DNA of 64,000 nucleotides from Syntrophales bacterium (GCA_963665615.2 CAXXQE010000001.1:265151-329150); one strand, 5' to 3'; positions 1 to 10,444 are shown, counted from the stretch's first letter. The notes: generated from the sequence alone by a model not told the origin. Program-made: numbers and translations.

Positions 1-482
1 TCGCCAACATGGATATTCACGACATCGCCCGCACCGCCAGAACATATGGCGTGAAACGTTTTTTTATCGTAACGCCAATCCCGGAACAGAAGGAACTGGT
101 CAGCCGGATTCTCCATCACTGGAAGGAAGGCTACGGGGCCGAGTTCAATCCCTCGCGCAAGGAAGCTTTTGACATGACCGAGGTCAGGAAAGACCTCGAT
201 GAGGTGCTGGCGTCGATTCGCAAAACCGACCCCGAGGTTCAACTGGTGGCGACAGGGGCCTCCCTGGATAATGCCTTAATCCGTCATGATGCTTTAGGAA
301 AGGCCATCCGGGAATCACGGCAAGCCCAGCTGCTCCTCTTCGGCACCGGATCGGGCCTTACAAAGGACATTGTCGATCTTGCGGATTGCTGCCTGGAACC
401 GATCAGGGGGCCTGCGGCTTACAATCATCTATCCGTCCGGGCGGCGGTCGCGATTACTCTGGATCGTCTTTTGGGGCGATGA
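1..482 (+). CDS. SPOUT-class RNA methyltransferase (DUF2168-type, often next to or fused with TrmD); 5'-truncated by window edge
   Basis: Motifs DIHDIART, LLFGTGSGL and YNHLSVRAAVAITLDRL; lies directly upstream of rplS. Confidence 0.8.
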   Translation, partial: ANMDIHDIARTARTYGVKRFFIVTPIPEQKELVSRILHHWKEGYGAEFNPSRKEAFDMTEVRKDLDEVLASIRKTDPEVQLVATGASLDNALIRHDALGKAIRESRQAQLLLFGTGSGLTKDIVDLADCCLEPIRGPAAYNHLSVRAAVAITLDRLLGR

Positions 483-517
483 AGAAGCCACTCGCAACCG
501 GATTCAAAACAATTTTA

Positions 518-546
518 TTGACATATACGCGATAACAGATTATAAG
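518..546 (+). promoter_or_regulatory. sigma70-type promoter for rplS
   Basis: TTGACA-N17-TATAAG, followed by a GGAGG RBS. Confidence 0.6.
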
Positions 547-587
547 TTCGGACTTAATTTTGTGGGTAGCCTCGGAGGAACATCGTA

Positions 588-935
588 ATGAACTTAGTCG
601 AGTTGATAGAAAAGGAACAGATGAGGGGAGATATCCCCGGATTTAGGACAGGCGATACGGTCAAGGTCTACGTCAAGATTATCGAAGGCCAGAAGGAAAG
701 AATTCAGGCATTTGAAGGCGCCGTCATCCGCAAGACCGGCGGAAACAGCAGAGCAACCTTTACCGTCCGCAAAATTTCCTATGGCGTCGGCGTGGAGAGA
801 ACCTTCCCGCTCCATTCGCCCGTCATCGACAGGGTCGAGGTGGTCACAAGGGGCAAGGTCAGACGATCCCGCCTGTACTATCTGCGAGACAGAAGGGGTA
901 AAGAGGCCAAGATCAAAGAGGCCGGAAGAAGATAG
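588..935 (+). CDS. rplS: 50S ribosomal protein L19
   Basis: [47 protein letters not shown]. Confidence 0.98.
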   Translation: MNLVELIEKEQMRGDIPGFRTGDTVKVYVKIIEGQKERIQAFEGAVIRKTGGNSRATFTVRKISYGVGVERTFPLHSPVIDRVEVVTRGKVRRSRLYYLRDRRGKEAKIKEAGRR

Positions 936-944
936 AGAGACTCC

Positions 945-981
945 GGGCCATATGCCGAAAGGGCGTATGGCCCTCTTTTTT
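945..981 (+). terminator. Intrinsic terminator after rplS
   Basis: GGGCCATATGCC-loop-GGCGTATGGCCC hairpin followed by a T-run. Confidence 0.75.
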
Positions 982-1093
982 GCCGAATCTCGCTTCTTTT
1001 CTTTTCCCAGCGTCTATCCGGTTAGCTTCCCGATCACCCGCCGTTTTTTTCGTTTAAGCGGATTATTTTTCATTTCATTTCCGTCGCACTGAT

Positions 1094-1708
1094 ATGGAGC
1101 ACTACGAATTAAAGGCCTATGAACGAGGATTCAAACGGGTGGCCGGCGTCGATGAGGCCGGCAGGGGCCCGCTTGCCGGGCCGGTTGTTGCCGCCGCCGT
1201 CATTTTCCCGGAAGGCTATCAGAACGACGAGATTAAAGATTCCAAGAAACTCACTGCCAGACAACGCGACCGTTTATACAAGGTATTGAAAAACGATGCC
1301 GTCGCCATTGGGCTGGGTATCGTTGAATCCAGCGTGATCGACAAGATCAATATCCTTCAGGCTGCGCTGCTCGCCATGAAAGAGGCTATCGGCGATCTCT
1401 CAGTCGAACCCGACTGTCTCCTTATTGACGGCAACCAGCGCGTTCACCTATCTATTGAGCAGCAGACCATCGTGGACGGCGACGCCCTCTGCCTTTCCAT
1501 CGCCGCTGCGTCCATCATTGCCAAGGTTTCCCGCGACCAGATCATGGAAATCTATCACCGACAGTATCCCTACTACAACTTCCTGAAAAACAAAGGCTAC
1601 GGTACCAAAGAGCACCGCGACGCGATCAAACAGCACGGCTGTTGCAAGATCCACAGGCAGAGCTTTGCGCCGGTTAGGGATAGTCTCGAACAAGGGGAGC
1701 TGTTTTAA
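1094..1708 (+). CDS. rnhB: Ribonuclease HII
   Basis: GVDEAGRGPLAGPVV, DSKKL, IAAASIIAKV, NKGYGT. Confidence 0.97.
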   Translation: MEHYELKAYERGFKRVAGVDEAGRGPLAGPVVAAAVIFPEGYQNDEIKDSKKLTARQRDRLYKVLKNDAVAIGLGIVESSVIDKINILQAALLAMKEAIGDLSVEPDCLLIDGNQRVHLSIEQQTIVDGDALCLSIAAASIIAKVSRDQIMEIYHRQYPYYNFLKNKGYGTKEHRDAIKQHGCCKIHRQSFAPVRDSLEQGELF

Positions 1709-1714
1709 AAGACA

Positions 1715-1788
1715 GTTTCGAGTTTCGAGTCTCTGGTTTCGAGTTAAAAAATGAACGTTTAAAGTTTGAGGTTCAAAGTTTAAAGTTG
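1715..1788. repeat. Degenerate heptamer tandem repeats (TTTCGAG; AAGTTTA/GAGGTTC)
   Basis: gtttcgagtttcgagtctctggtttcgagtt and aacgtttaaagtttgaggttcaaagtttaaagtt. Confidence 0.7.
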
Positions 1789-1845
1789 AAGAACCTGTGA
1801 TTTATCGCAACTCCCAACATCCCCGCATACCGACTTTATTGTAAT

Positions 1846-1880
1846 GTCATTGCGAGGAGCGTCAGCGACGTGGCAATCTC
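1846..1880 (+). repeat. REP-like palindrome (GTCATTGCGAG...GCAATCTC class)
   Basis: gtcattgcgaggagcgtcagcgacgtggcaatctc with ATTGC/GCAAT arms. Confidence 0.65.
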
Positions 1881-1901
1881 GTGATGAGGTGCAAAGTTTT
1901 C

Positions 1902-2273
1902 ATGGAAAAGAAAGACGCTCATCTCAAAGCCGGCAAGCTGGGTGAAAAGCTTGCGGTGGATTACCTGAAGAACAAGGGCTACCGGATCGTTGAAACAAAC
2001 TACCGGTGCGGGTTGGGCGAGATCGATATCGTGGCGACGGAGAAAAAGACGCTGGTGTTCGTCGAAGTCAAGGCACGTAAGGCCGATCGCTTCGGCTCGC
2101 CGCAGGCCGCCGTCACAGCCATAAAGCAGCGGAAGCTGTCGCTCCTGGCACAGTGGTACCTCCAGGAAAAGAAGCTCGGCACCTGCCCGGCCCGATTTGA
2201 TGTCGTCGCCATCCGTCTCAACTCCGACAAACCCGCCATCGAACTCATCCGGAATGCGTTTGAGCTTTGCTGA
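1902..2273 (+). CDS. yraN: YraN-family putative endonuclease (UPF0102)
   Basis: GKLGEKLA, GEIDIVA, LVFVEVKAR, RFDVVAI; usual position after rnhB. Confidence 0.92.
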   Translation: MEKKDAHLKAGKLGEKLAVDYLKNKGYRIVETNYRCGLGEIDIVATEKKTLVFVEVKARKADRFGSPQAAVTAIKQRKLSLLAQWYLQEKKLGTCPARFDVVAIRLNSDKPAIELIRNAFELC

Positions 2274-2335
2274 CGAACGACAAGCAAAAAAGCAAAATCT
2301 ATTTTCGCGGATTGGCTTAGCGGGTTTCCATACTC

Positions 2336-3103
2336 TTAGTCAAATTTTGGATATGGTCCCTCAATCTCTTTCGTTTCCTTGTCAGAAAACCACAGCAGGG
2401 GAATCGGGTGCTCACTATTTAGCTGTTCAATCCGAAGCTTTTCGAAATTATTAAGGTAGCGCCGATAGACGGCCGGCCGATCAATGGCAGGGGTCCAGGC
2501 TCTGTCGTTTTTGCTGTAAGTGAACCACATCCCCGTCAGATAGAGACCGCTACCCCGCGCTGGCTCTTTGCCCCATAGCCAGCGTGTGGACAGAAGTGCA
2601 CATTTGTTCTGAGACTTGGAACGTGTCAGGAAGCCCATAATACCATAGTCTTCTACGATCATAGGTTTTGACATGACACCATCAACTACTGCGCGGAGCT
2701 CCCAATACTGGACTCCCATTCCGTTACTCATGCCGTTCATTGTCGCCACAACGATGTCCCGCTGGCCTGACCCAGTGAGATCGGCGCTTTCGACACGAAA
2801 GTCGGCGAGACTGGTGGGCGGAGCAAACTCGGTATTCCACTGTTGTGTTATCGCGCCGTTCTTTTCGATTATTATCTGAGCATCACGGCTGTCTGGAGAT
2901 TTGCTACAACTGCAAACCCTAGCGCCCGTTGTCGTCTTCACACAATATGCTTTCTCAAATCCTGAAAATATGGTCTCTTCCGGTTTTGAAAAGGTGATAC
3001 CGCAGAGCGTGTCCTCCCTCCATTGTTCGGATGCCCATGCAGGACCAGTCAGTACCAATGAATAAGTAACAACAAAAGTAAATAGGGTGACGATGTTTCG
3101 CAT
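2336..3103 (-). CDS. Hypothetical secreted protein
   Basis: Open frame with a signal peptide (MRNIVTLF...PAWA); no family recognised. Confidence 0.65.
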   Translation of the reverse strand: MRNIVTLFTFVVTYSLVLTGPAWASEQWREDTLCGITFSKPEETIFSGFEKAYCVKTTTGARVCSCSKSPDSRDAQIIIEKNGAITQQWNTEFAPPTSLADFRVESADLTGSGQRDIVVATMNGMSNGMGVQYWELRAVVDGVMSKPMIVEDYGIMGFLTRSKSQNKCALLSTRWLWGKEPARGSGLYLTGMWFTYSKNDRAWTPAIDRPAVYRRYLNNFEKLRIEQLNSEHPIPLLWFSDKETKEIEGPYPKFD

Positions 3104-3335
3104 TGTGCTGTCTTCTTTCCTGTTCTCGTGCGTAACCAAAACTAGTTTTGCTTAGTACGCTTTTCTTTAAGCAGGGTCGATATTGTAAGAAATATTGCCG
3201 GTTATCTTGTCAGATGGTTGGCGGTTGTCAACAATTATCTTCTGGCTAAGTTGCCAACTTTGTTTGCGTTAAGTCGTCTGGGTGTTGCGTTTGGCATTTG
3301 ATCTGATGCATTTCCGCCTTGTGACTCATTACTCG

Positions 3336-3533
3336 TGATGGTCTCGTAAAAAATCGAATAACGTATCAATCATAAAACAAGAGGATGACGGGATGGGTTT
3401 CGAACGCGAATCAAAGATTTTTCCAGCCCGAAGGCATTGGCAATCGTGCGCAGAACATGACGGAAAAAGATTTCTGAGCGGCAGAAAGCCATCCCATCAT
3501 CCTCATTCCCTTTGACTTTTTACAGGACCATCA
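3336..3533 (-). mobile_element. MITE-like repeat family A, copy 1
   Basis: Ends TGATGGTCTCGTAAAAA and TTTTTACAGGACCATCA; reverse complement aligns with copies at 13579, 20300 and 27913. Confidence 0.85.
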
Positions 3534-4793
3534 CTCTTTACTTATCACTGCAGCCTCAGCCGCTTTCTTACGCACGACCCTGATCAGCATAAGAGTCAGC
3601 ACAACCATGAGGAGGTTGGCGAAGCTCATCAGCGACAGGGTGCGCGATGCATTATGCCCCAGCCGCTGATAGAGTTCCCCGGCGATGCTGGGGGCCGTGC
3701 TGGCGAGGCACCACGCCCATCCCATGAGGATCGCCGACACCACGCTCATGTTTTCCCGCGGGGCGATCTTTTGTCCCAGCGCGACACCCAGCGGATTGAC
3801 CGTTCCCATGAAGGCCCCGCCGACAACGCACACCAGCATGAAGACCGGCGCAGTCGGGGTCAGGCGGATCAGGGCGTGGTAGCTTAGGGTCGATAAAATT
3901 ACGATGGCCAGCAGCGTTCTGAGTTTTCCAAACCGGTCGGCTAGATAGCCCATCGGCACCATGAAAACGGTCGATCCGAAGACAATCAGGCCGAATGCGC
4001 CACCCTGTCCCAGCCAGGCGGGATAGCCCTTCTCCTGAGCCAGTTCCGGCAGCAGAAAGAACAGCGCGCCCATGACGCCGCTCGAAATCGCCAGCATGAA
4101 AAACAGGAGCAAAATCTGGACGGCCACCGGACGGAGCGCCCGGAACGATGCGACGACGGATTTCTTTCCGGCATGTGCGGCTGGCTCCGGCCTGCACTTG
4201 AACCAGGCAAAGATCCAGATCATCGCCGCGGGGATGAGGAGGATTTCCGTGTGGTGGTCGAATTGATTGAAGACGGTGCGGAAGGCGATCTGGCTCAGGC
4301 CGTAGCCGATACTGCCCATGGCGATGAAGATCGCGAGAAAGAGCGCACCACGCTTTGCGGAGAAGCCGCCCGCCAGGGCCGCACCTGCCGGGTGAAACAT
4401 GTCCTGTCCGATTCGACCCGCCGCCAGAATAATGAAAACGACCAGGTAAAAACCGCTGAACCCGAAAACGGACGGCAGCCAAGCGTCGAGAGCCTGCCGG
4501 CAATTGACAAGGGGGCCGAGAAGCACGGAGAAAAAGGTCAGAAGCGTTCCCCAGAGGATCATTCTGCGGGCGCCGAAACGGTCAGCCACGGAGCCGAACA
4601 GCGGTTGCAGCGCGGTTCCGCCTGTCGCGACAATCGTGGCGATCCATCCCGCCTTGGCGACATCCAGTCCGGCCAGTGTTTTGTAGATCGGCCAGACCGT
4701 CATGCCCATGAAATCGGCCAGGACATGGGTCAGCACGACGGCGACAAACGTGGCGACGGCGTGTCTTGTCATCTGTTCGTTGGGTTTTTCCAT
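3531..4793 (-). CDS. MFS transporter (Fsr-like)
   Basis: About 12 hydrophobic segments, QPLFGSVADRFG and GYLADRFG motif A repeats, MFHP motif. Confidence 0.88.
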   Translation of the reverse strand: MEKPNEQMTRHAVATFVAVVLTHVLADFMGMTVWPIYKTLAGLDVAKAGWIATIVATGGTALQPLFGSVADRFGARRMILWGTLLTFFSVLLGPLVNCRQALDAWLPSVFGFSGFYLVVFIILAAGRIGQDMFHPAGAALAGGFSAKRGALFLAIFIAMGSIGYGLSQIAFRTVFNQFDHHTEILLIPAAMIWIFAWFKCRPEPAAHAGKKSVVASFRALRPVAVQILLLFFMLAISSGVMGALFFLLPELAQEKGYPAWLGQGGAFGLIVFGSTVFMVPMGYLADRFGKLRTLLAIVILSTLSYHALIRLTPTAPVFMLVCVVGGAFMGTVNPLGVALGQKIAPRENMSVVSAILMGWAWCLASTAPSIAGELYQRLGHNASRTLSLMSFANLLMVVLTLMLIRVVRKKAAEAAVISKE

Positions 4794-4810
4794 GGATGTC
4801 TGTCGTGCGT

Positions 4811-5737
4811 TCAGGGCAGGAAGAAAAGCGGATTGCGCGGCTTGTTCTGTTGCCGAACCTCGAAGTTCAGACTCGTTTCGCCGCCATTATCGGTCTTCCC
4901 GAGCAGGGCGATCGTCTCTCCTTTTTTGACGTGGTCGCCGACCTTGACCGTTCGTCCCTTCAGGGACGAGTAGACCGTCGAAAAATCATCGCCGTGTTTC
5001 AGGATGATCGTATCTCCATAATACTTCAGTGTGCTGGAGTAGGTCACTTCGCCGTCCGCTGCAGCCTTGATGGGGGTGTTCTCGTCGCCTGCGATCCGGA
5101 CGCCGTTGTTTTTCAGACCGTTGGATTGAATGCCGTATCGGGATACGATGGCGCCCTTCATCGGCCAGATGAATCGAGCCTTGTCTATTTCGACGGTCGG
5201 CGTTGATTCTTCGTGCTTGTCGATTTGCTCCCGTTGGTTGTTCGCCTCGTGGACCTTGTCCGGGATCTTCTTGGCTGCGGCGATTGGCTCCTTGGCAGGT
5301 GGCGATGCAACCGGTTGTTTTGTTTTTCGGGGCGGGGGGGCCGGCGCGGCGGCGGTGGTCTTCACAGTCGGCTGTTTTTTAGGCGCCTTCTGTCTTTCCA
5401 CAGCTGAGGTATTCTCGATAACCTCGACGGCGCCCGGGATAAAAATGGCGTTCCCCACTTCAATAGTGTTTTTGGTGATATTGTTCAGCTCCGCCAGTTC
5501 CTGAAGATTGACATGATAGGCCTTGGCGATGCCCCAGAGGGTTTCTCCTTTTTTGACCTGGTGATACACCCCTCGGGTCGGTTCAGACCTCAATGGGTGC
5601 CCGGCGCAGGCCGTCAAAACGAGTACGAGCAGGGCCATGATCAGACCCGCGGCCAAACGAAAGCGATTGTGCCGCCAGGGGAAAGCTTCTTCGATGGATG
5701 GCGTCTTGCCGTCAGACCTGTTGCCAACCATATTCAC
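4811..5737 (-). CDS. nlpD: NlpD-like LysM + M23 lipoprotein
   Basis: Lipobox LTAC, LysM ([14 protein letters not shown]), M23 region ([21 protein letters not shown]); downstream of pcm. Confidence 0.85.
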   Translation of the reverse strand: MNMVGNRSDGKTPSIEEAFPWRHNRFRLAAGLIMALLVLVLTACAGHPLRSEPTRGVYHQVKKGETLWGIAKAYHVNLQELAELNNITKNTIEVGNAIFIPGAVEVIENTSAVERQKAPKKQPTVKTTAAAPAPPPRKTKQPVASPPAKEPIAAAKKIPDKVHEANNQREQIDKHEESTPTVEIDKARFIWPMKGAIVSRYGIQSNGLKNNGVRIAGDENTPIKAAADGEVTYSSTLKYYGDTIILKHGDDFSTVYSSLKGRTVKVGDHVKKGETIALLGKTDNGGETSLNFEVRQQNKPRNPLFFLP

Positions 5738-6368
5738 CTACGAGGTTTACAAACCTGCAGCCGCCCAAGTCTTCCTGCTTGAGGTCCCGGAGGTCTTCTG
5801 AAAGTCGCGTGATTCGCATGAGCGTTTGTGAGGTGCGGCTCCCTACGGGGATGACCAGTTTGCCGCCTATGGCCAGCTGCTCAAGCAAGACCCGCGGAAT
5901 GTCCGGCGCGCCTGCCGTAACGATAATGCCGTCGAAGGGCGATTCCTCTTTCCAGCCGTACGAGCCGTCGCCGACACGAATCGCCACATTGAAATAGTTC
6001 AAAGCATCGAGCACTTTCCTGGCGCGCGACGCGAGGAAGGCGATGCGTTCAATGGAAAAAACCTGGTCGGCAATCTCCGCCAGGACAGCCGTTTGGTAAC
6101 CGGATCCCGTCCCGATCTCCAGAATCTTTTCCCGGCCCTTGAGGGCCAGGGCGGCTGTCATCAGTGCCACCATGTAGGGTTGAGAAATCGTTTGATTCTC
6201 GCCGATCGGAAGCGGATTGTCATTGTAGGACTGATCCTGCAAGGCTTCATCCACGAAGAGGTGCCGGGGGACCTTTTCCATTGCCTTCAGTACAAGCTCG
6301 TCCGTAAGTCCTCGGGCTCTCAGTTGCAATTCCACCATTTTCAATCTCTGTCTCTTGAGCCTGTCCAT
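5712..6368 (-). CDS. pcm: Protein-L-isoaspartate O-methyltransferase
   Basis: [37 protein letters not shown]. Confidence 0.97.
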   Translation of the reverse strand: MDRLKRQRLKMVELQLRARGLTDELVLKAMEKVPRHLFVDEALQDQSYNDNPLPIGENQTISQPYMVALMTAALALKGREKILEIGTGSGYQTAVLAEIADQVFSIERIAFLASRARKVLDALNYFNVAIRVGDGSYGWKEESPFDGIIVTAGAPDIPRVLLEQLAIGGKLVIPVGSRTSQTLMRITRLSEDLRDLKQEDLGGCRFVNLVGEYGWQQV

Positions 6369-6721
6369 TCTTTCCTCGTCAGTGGTTTGATCCGTGGCGG
6401 TATCGGGTAGGTTTCGTCAACGGCACGGTGTCCGCGGAACCCAACGGCTTCGCGGGTCACAATGAGATAATAATAGCGGAGGCGGGCATGTTCCCTGATT
6501 TCATTAAATTGCACGATGTCGTCATTGACGGTGCGCCGCTGTTTCTCCGAGCGGATCCCGGCTGCGATGGCGCCGTGAATGCGATCGCCTATCGTACGCA
6601 ACTGCTCCAGGGCGCGCGACAGGGCCTCTCCGGCGCGCCCAAGGACCTCGGCCCGTTCCTGGAAGATTTCTATCTCGGTTTTATCGTTGAGATTTTGTCT
6701 TAATTGCCGTGCGGTTGACAT
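6341..6721 (-). CDS. Small helical conserved hypothetical protein (DUF6665-like)
   Basis: [17 protein letters not shown] and [10 protein letters not shown]...YPIP pattern; overlaps the pcm start. Confidence 0.6.
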   Translation of the reverse strand: MSTARQLRQNLNDKTEIEIFQERAEVLGRAGEALSRALEQLRTIGDRIHGAIAAGIRSEKQRRTVNDDIVQFNEIREHARLRYYYLIVTREAVGFRGHRAVDETYPIPPRIKPLTRKEWTGSRDRD

Positions 6722-6861
6722 GCCTTTCCCTACTCAGAGCGATGTACCATTTGGGGTTAGAGTTTTCAATAGAAAAGGTGTCCTGTTTTTTGCTTTACAC
6801 CGGATCGGGCAATCGTTTATTACTCAGACGAAATGATTGTGACGAAAGGGAGGCACCCAAC

Positions 6862-8439
6862 TTGAATAAGTATTGCGTTTCATTATCGGAAGCCGTCCGA
6901 AGGGCCTACGCAGAGGGACAGGAGGACGAAACGCTTGAACCACTGGTCCTCGTAGATGCGGCCGGTGAGGCCGTGGGCCGGATCGGAGCGGGGCATTCCG
7001 TCATCTTCTATAATATTCGTGGGGAGCGCGAAATCGAGTTAACGGAAAGTCTCACTCAGACGGGCTTTAATCGTTTTGCCGTCCCGCCGGATATGGATCT
7101 GTCCTTTGCGACCATGATCGAATACCGCAGGGGGCTCAATGTCCGTGTGGCCTTTCCGCCAGAGGATGTCGTTGACGATACGTTGGGGGAGGTGCTGTCG
7201 TCTAACGGGTTGAAGCAGGTGCGAATCACCGAGGCGGAAAAAGCCGTTCATGTCGGGTTCTTCTTCAACGGTAAAAGTGATAGGTCCTTTGACGGGGAGG
7301 AGCGCCTCATCGTTCCCACACGCAAGGATGTGGCCCTTTTTGACGAGGCCCCCGAAATGTCGATCGACGGCATTGCGAGCGCCGTCCTGGAAAAGATCGC
7401 CGACGACCGCTACGATTTCATTCTGGTCAACTTTCCCAATGTCGATGTGGTGGGCCATATCGAGAATGAAAAGGCCGTCCTTCAGGCCATTGAGAGTGTC
7501 GATCAGCAGCTGGGCCGTGTAGTCGAGGCGGCGAAGCGTCAGGGGGTAACCGTCGTTGCGACCGCCGATCACGGCACCGTGGAAAAATGGCTCTATCCGG
7601 ACGGTGCGGTGGATACGGGTCATACCAACAGCCCGGTCCCGTTTATCGTGATCTCGGAAGGCGAGGAGGTGATTCTGCGCGAGGGCGGGGAATTGGCGGA
7701 TGTCGCGCCGACGATCCTGGAGCTCTTCGGAATTCCCCACCCGCATGCCATGACGGGACGTTCGCTGCTTGAGACCTTCGTCCCAAAAGGCGGTCGCAGA
7801 AGACGCGTCCTCCTGATAGTCCTGGACGGTTGGGGAGTTCAACCGGCAGGCCCGTCCAATCTGATCTCGCGGGCGGCCACGCCGGAGATGGATCAACTGG
7901 TTCGATGCTATCCGTATGCGCACCTGGCAGCCTCCGGGGAGGCTGTGGGGTTGCCTCCCGGAACCGTGGGTAATTCCGAAGTGGGACATCTGCATCTGGG
8001 GGCAGGGCGGCGTGTTTATGCGGACAGGGTGCGGATCGACCGAGCCATTGCCGACGGTTCATTCCGGAGGAACGAGGCCTTTATCTGGGCCATGCGGCGC
8101 GCAAAAGAACGCAAGGTACCGCTCCACCTCATGGGGATAGTGTCTTTCTTCAGTTCTCACGGATCGCTCAACCATCTCGAGGCGCTTCTCGACATGGCGA
8201 AGGCAGAGGGGGTGGGCGAGGTTTTCGTCCATGGCATGCTCGGGCGGCGCGGCGAGCAGCCGGAAAGCGGCGCGAATTATATCGGACTGATCGAGAAGAA
8301 AACGGCGGAACTGGGCCTGGGGCGTTCCGTGTCGGTCATCGGCCGATACTGGTCGATGGACCGCGAGGAAAACTGGGACCGGATCGAAAAAACCTATCGG
8401 ATGCTTGTAGGTGGTCAGGGAACGCCGGTGCCGTTTTAG
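6862..8439 (+). CDS. gpmI: 2,3-bisphosphoglycerate-independent phosphoglycerate mutase homolog, circularly permuted
   Basis: All iPGM motifs are present but the halves are swapped; TTG start after GGGAGG. Confidence 0.85.
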   Translation: MNKYCVSLSEAVRRAYAEGQEDETLEPLVLVDAAGEAVGRIGAGHSVIFYNIRGEREIELTESLTQTGFNRFAVPPDMDLSFATMIEYRRGLNVRVAFPPEDVVDDTLGEVLSSNGLKQVRITEAEKAVHVGFFFNGKSDRSFDGEERLIVPTRKDVALFDEAPEMSIDGIASAVLEKIADDRYDFILVNFPNVDVVGHIENEKAVLQAIESVDQQLGRVVEAAKRQGVTVVATADHGTVEKWLYPDGAVDTGHTNSPVPFIVISEGEEVILREGGELADVAPTILELFGIPHPHAMTGRSLLETFVPKGGRRRRVLLIVLDGWGVQPAGPSNLISRAATPEMDQLVRCYPYAHLAASGEAVGLPPGTVGNSEVGHLHLGAGRRVYADRVRIDRAIADGSFRRNEAFIWAMRRAKERKVPLHLMGIVSFFSSHGSLNHLEALLDMAKAEGVGEVFVHGMLGRRGEQPESGANYIGLIEKKTAELGLGRSVSVIGRYWSMDREENWDRIEKTYRMLVGGQGTPVPF

Positions 8440-8464
8440 CGCGTCTGACGCCGCTGGAAGGTCC

Positions 8465-8525
8465 AGAAGTTGAGAGGTTAAGAAGTTGAGACGTTGAGAA
8501 AAAGCAACGGTAACAGGTTCAGAGC
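8465..8525. repeat. Degenerate octamer/heptamer tandem repeats
   Basis: agaagttg-agaggtta-agaagttg-agacgttg, then gcaacgg-taacagg-ttcagag. Confidence 0.65.
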
Positions 8526-8587
8526 CGGCTGCGCTGTCGGGATGAGAATGGCTCTGCCTGCACCTGTTGCGCAATAAGAGGTGACAT

Positions 8588-9130
8588 ATGGACGTGAAGA
8601 TCGGTAACAGCGTTCTGTCGGTTGTGCAGGGGGATATCACACGCGAGGAAACGGACGCCATCGTCAACGCCGCCAATAGCGGCCTCAGAGGCGGCGGCGG
8701 CGTGGACGGTGCGATCCATCGGGCGGGCGGTTCCGCGATCATGGCCGAATGCCGCGCTATCGGCGGCTGCCCGACGGGACAGGCCGTCATCACGACAGGC
8801 GGCAACCTCAAGGCCCGTTACGTGATCCATACCGTCGGCCCTGTGTACCGCGACGGACGGCACGGCGAACCCGCTCTGCTGGAGAGCGCCTTTCGGGAAA
8901 GCCTGAAACTGGCCGAGGAGAAAGGGTTGAAGAGTCTGTCCTTCCCGGCTATCAGCGCGGGTGTTTATGGCTATCCGATGCATGATGCCGCCCGGATCGC
9001 CTTGACCACGGCGATTGCATTTCTGGAAGGCCAAACGGGGCTACAATCTGTCCGGTTCGTCCTTTTCGGTCGGGAGGCATACGATGTCTTTGCCGAGGTC
9101 TTAAACGATCTGGTCGCAGCCCGTCATTGA
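8588..9130 (+). CDS. ymdB: Macro-domain O-acetyl-ADP-ribose deacetylase (YmdB-like)
   Basis: GDIT, DAIVNAANSGLRGGGGVDGAIHRAGG, VIHTVGP, FPAISAGVYGYP. Confidence 0.93.
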   Translation: MDVKIGNSVLSVVQGDITREETDAIVNAANSGLRGGGGVDGAIHRAGGSAIMAECRAIGGCPTGQAVITTGGNLKARYVIHTVGPVYRDGRHGEPALLESAFRESLKLAEEKGLKSLSFPAISAGVYGYPMHDAARIALTTAIAFLEGQTGLQSVRFVLFGREAYDVFAEVLNDLVAARH

Positions 9131-9217
9131 CCTTTTCACGGACGGTAAATAGATTATGCTAAAAAATAGCAGGTGCAGGATAAACTTCTTTTTCTACAGC
9201 CTGCTAGAGGAACACAA

Positions 9218-10363
9218 ATGAAGTGTGAAATCGAACAGGGACCCATCCGGCCACCGAGCGAGGCTCGGAGCCTGCTGATCCGGGTCAGCCGCAACTGCCC
9301 CTGGAACAAGTGCACGTTCTGTCATACGTATCGCGGCACCCGCTTTGAATTGCGTTCCCTGGCGGATATCAAACGCGACGTGGAGACGGTGGCGAGCGTG
9401 GCGGCTGAACTCCGGGATCTCTCAGCGCAGCAGGGACAATCAGGGAAAATGACCGCTGAGACGCTGCACGCCATTGCCAATAATCCGCACTACAATGATT
9501 TTTATCATTCCGTGGCGGCATGGCTTTACTTCGGAGGGACCTCCGTCTTTTTGCAGGACGGCAACTCGCTTGTCATGAAGACCGACGAACTGGTTGAACT
9601 GCTTCAATTCATCCGTGAAAAATTTCCGCATGTCAACCGGGTGACCTCGTATTGTCGCGCCAAGACCGCGGCCCGGAAATCACCGGAGGATTTCAAACGC
9701 CTTCACGCTGCGGGGTTGACCCGGATTCATATCGGACTGGAAACGGGATATGCGCCGCTTTTGGACTTTGTGCACAAAGGCGTCACGGTGGACGAACAAA
9801 TTACGGGCGGTCGTAACATCAAAGAGAGCGGCATCTCTCTGAGCGAATACGTCATGCCGGGTCTGGGGGGCGTGAGGTGGAGCAGAGAACATGCCGTGCA
9901 GACGGCCCGAGTGCTCAACCAAATCAACCCGGACTACATCCGACTGAGGAGCTTTCAACCGGTTCCCGGAACAGAGATCTATGAGGCCGTTGAGAAAGGG
10001 GAGCACGAACTGCTCGATGAGGACGGCGTGGTTCGCGAAATCAGACTCTTTATCGAAACGCTTGACGGCATCGACAGCCGCATCGCAAGCGATCACATCA
10101 TGAACTTGCTTGAAGAAATCGACGGCAAACTTCCCGAGGATCGTGACTGTCTTTTGGGGGTTGCCGATCGCTATCTCGGTCTGTCCGACGATGATCGCGC
10201 CGTTTTTATCCTGGGGCGCCGCTGCGGGCTTTACCGGAAGCTGGACGATCTGTCGAATCCAGTCACTTATCGCGAGATCAAGGGGGCGGTGGACGGTTAT
10301 CGCCTTAAGGGGCCCGAACAATTCGAGCGGGATCTGGCCCGGATTCGCCGGCGTTTTATCTGA
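9218..10363 (+). CDS. Radical SAM protein
   Basis: RPPSEARSLL followed by CxxxCxxC (CPWNKCTFC); GLETG motif. Confidence 0.88.
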   Translation: MKCEIEQGPIRPPSEARSLLIRVSRNCPWNKCTFCHTYRGTRFELRSLADIKRDVETVASVAAELRDLSAQQGQSGKMTAETLHAIANNPHYNDFYHSVAAWLYFGGTSVFLQDGNSLVMKTDELVELLQFIREKFPHVNRVTSYCRAKTAARKSPEDFKRLHAAGLTRIHIGLETGYAPLLDFVHKGVTVDEQITGGRNIKESGISLSEYVMPGLGGVRWSREHAVQTARVLNQINPDYIRLRSFQPVPGTEIYEAVEKGEHELLDEDGVVREIRLFIETLDGIDSRIASDHIMNLLEEIDGKLPEDRDCLLGVADRYLGLSDDDRAVFILGRRCGLYRKLDDLSNPVTYREIKGAVDGYRLKGPEQFERDLARIRRRFI

Positions 10364-10444
10364 GCGGTGTTGTGTTGTGCGTTTTGTCCCACACGGCGTA
10401 TTTTTAATTTCCTACGCGATTGGATGTCTAAATAATCGTTTTGA

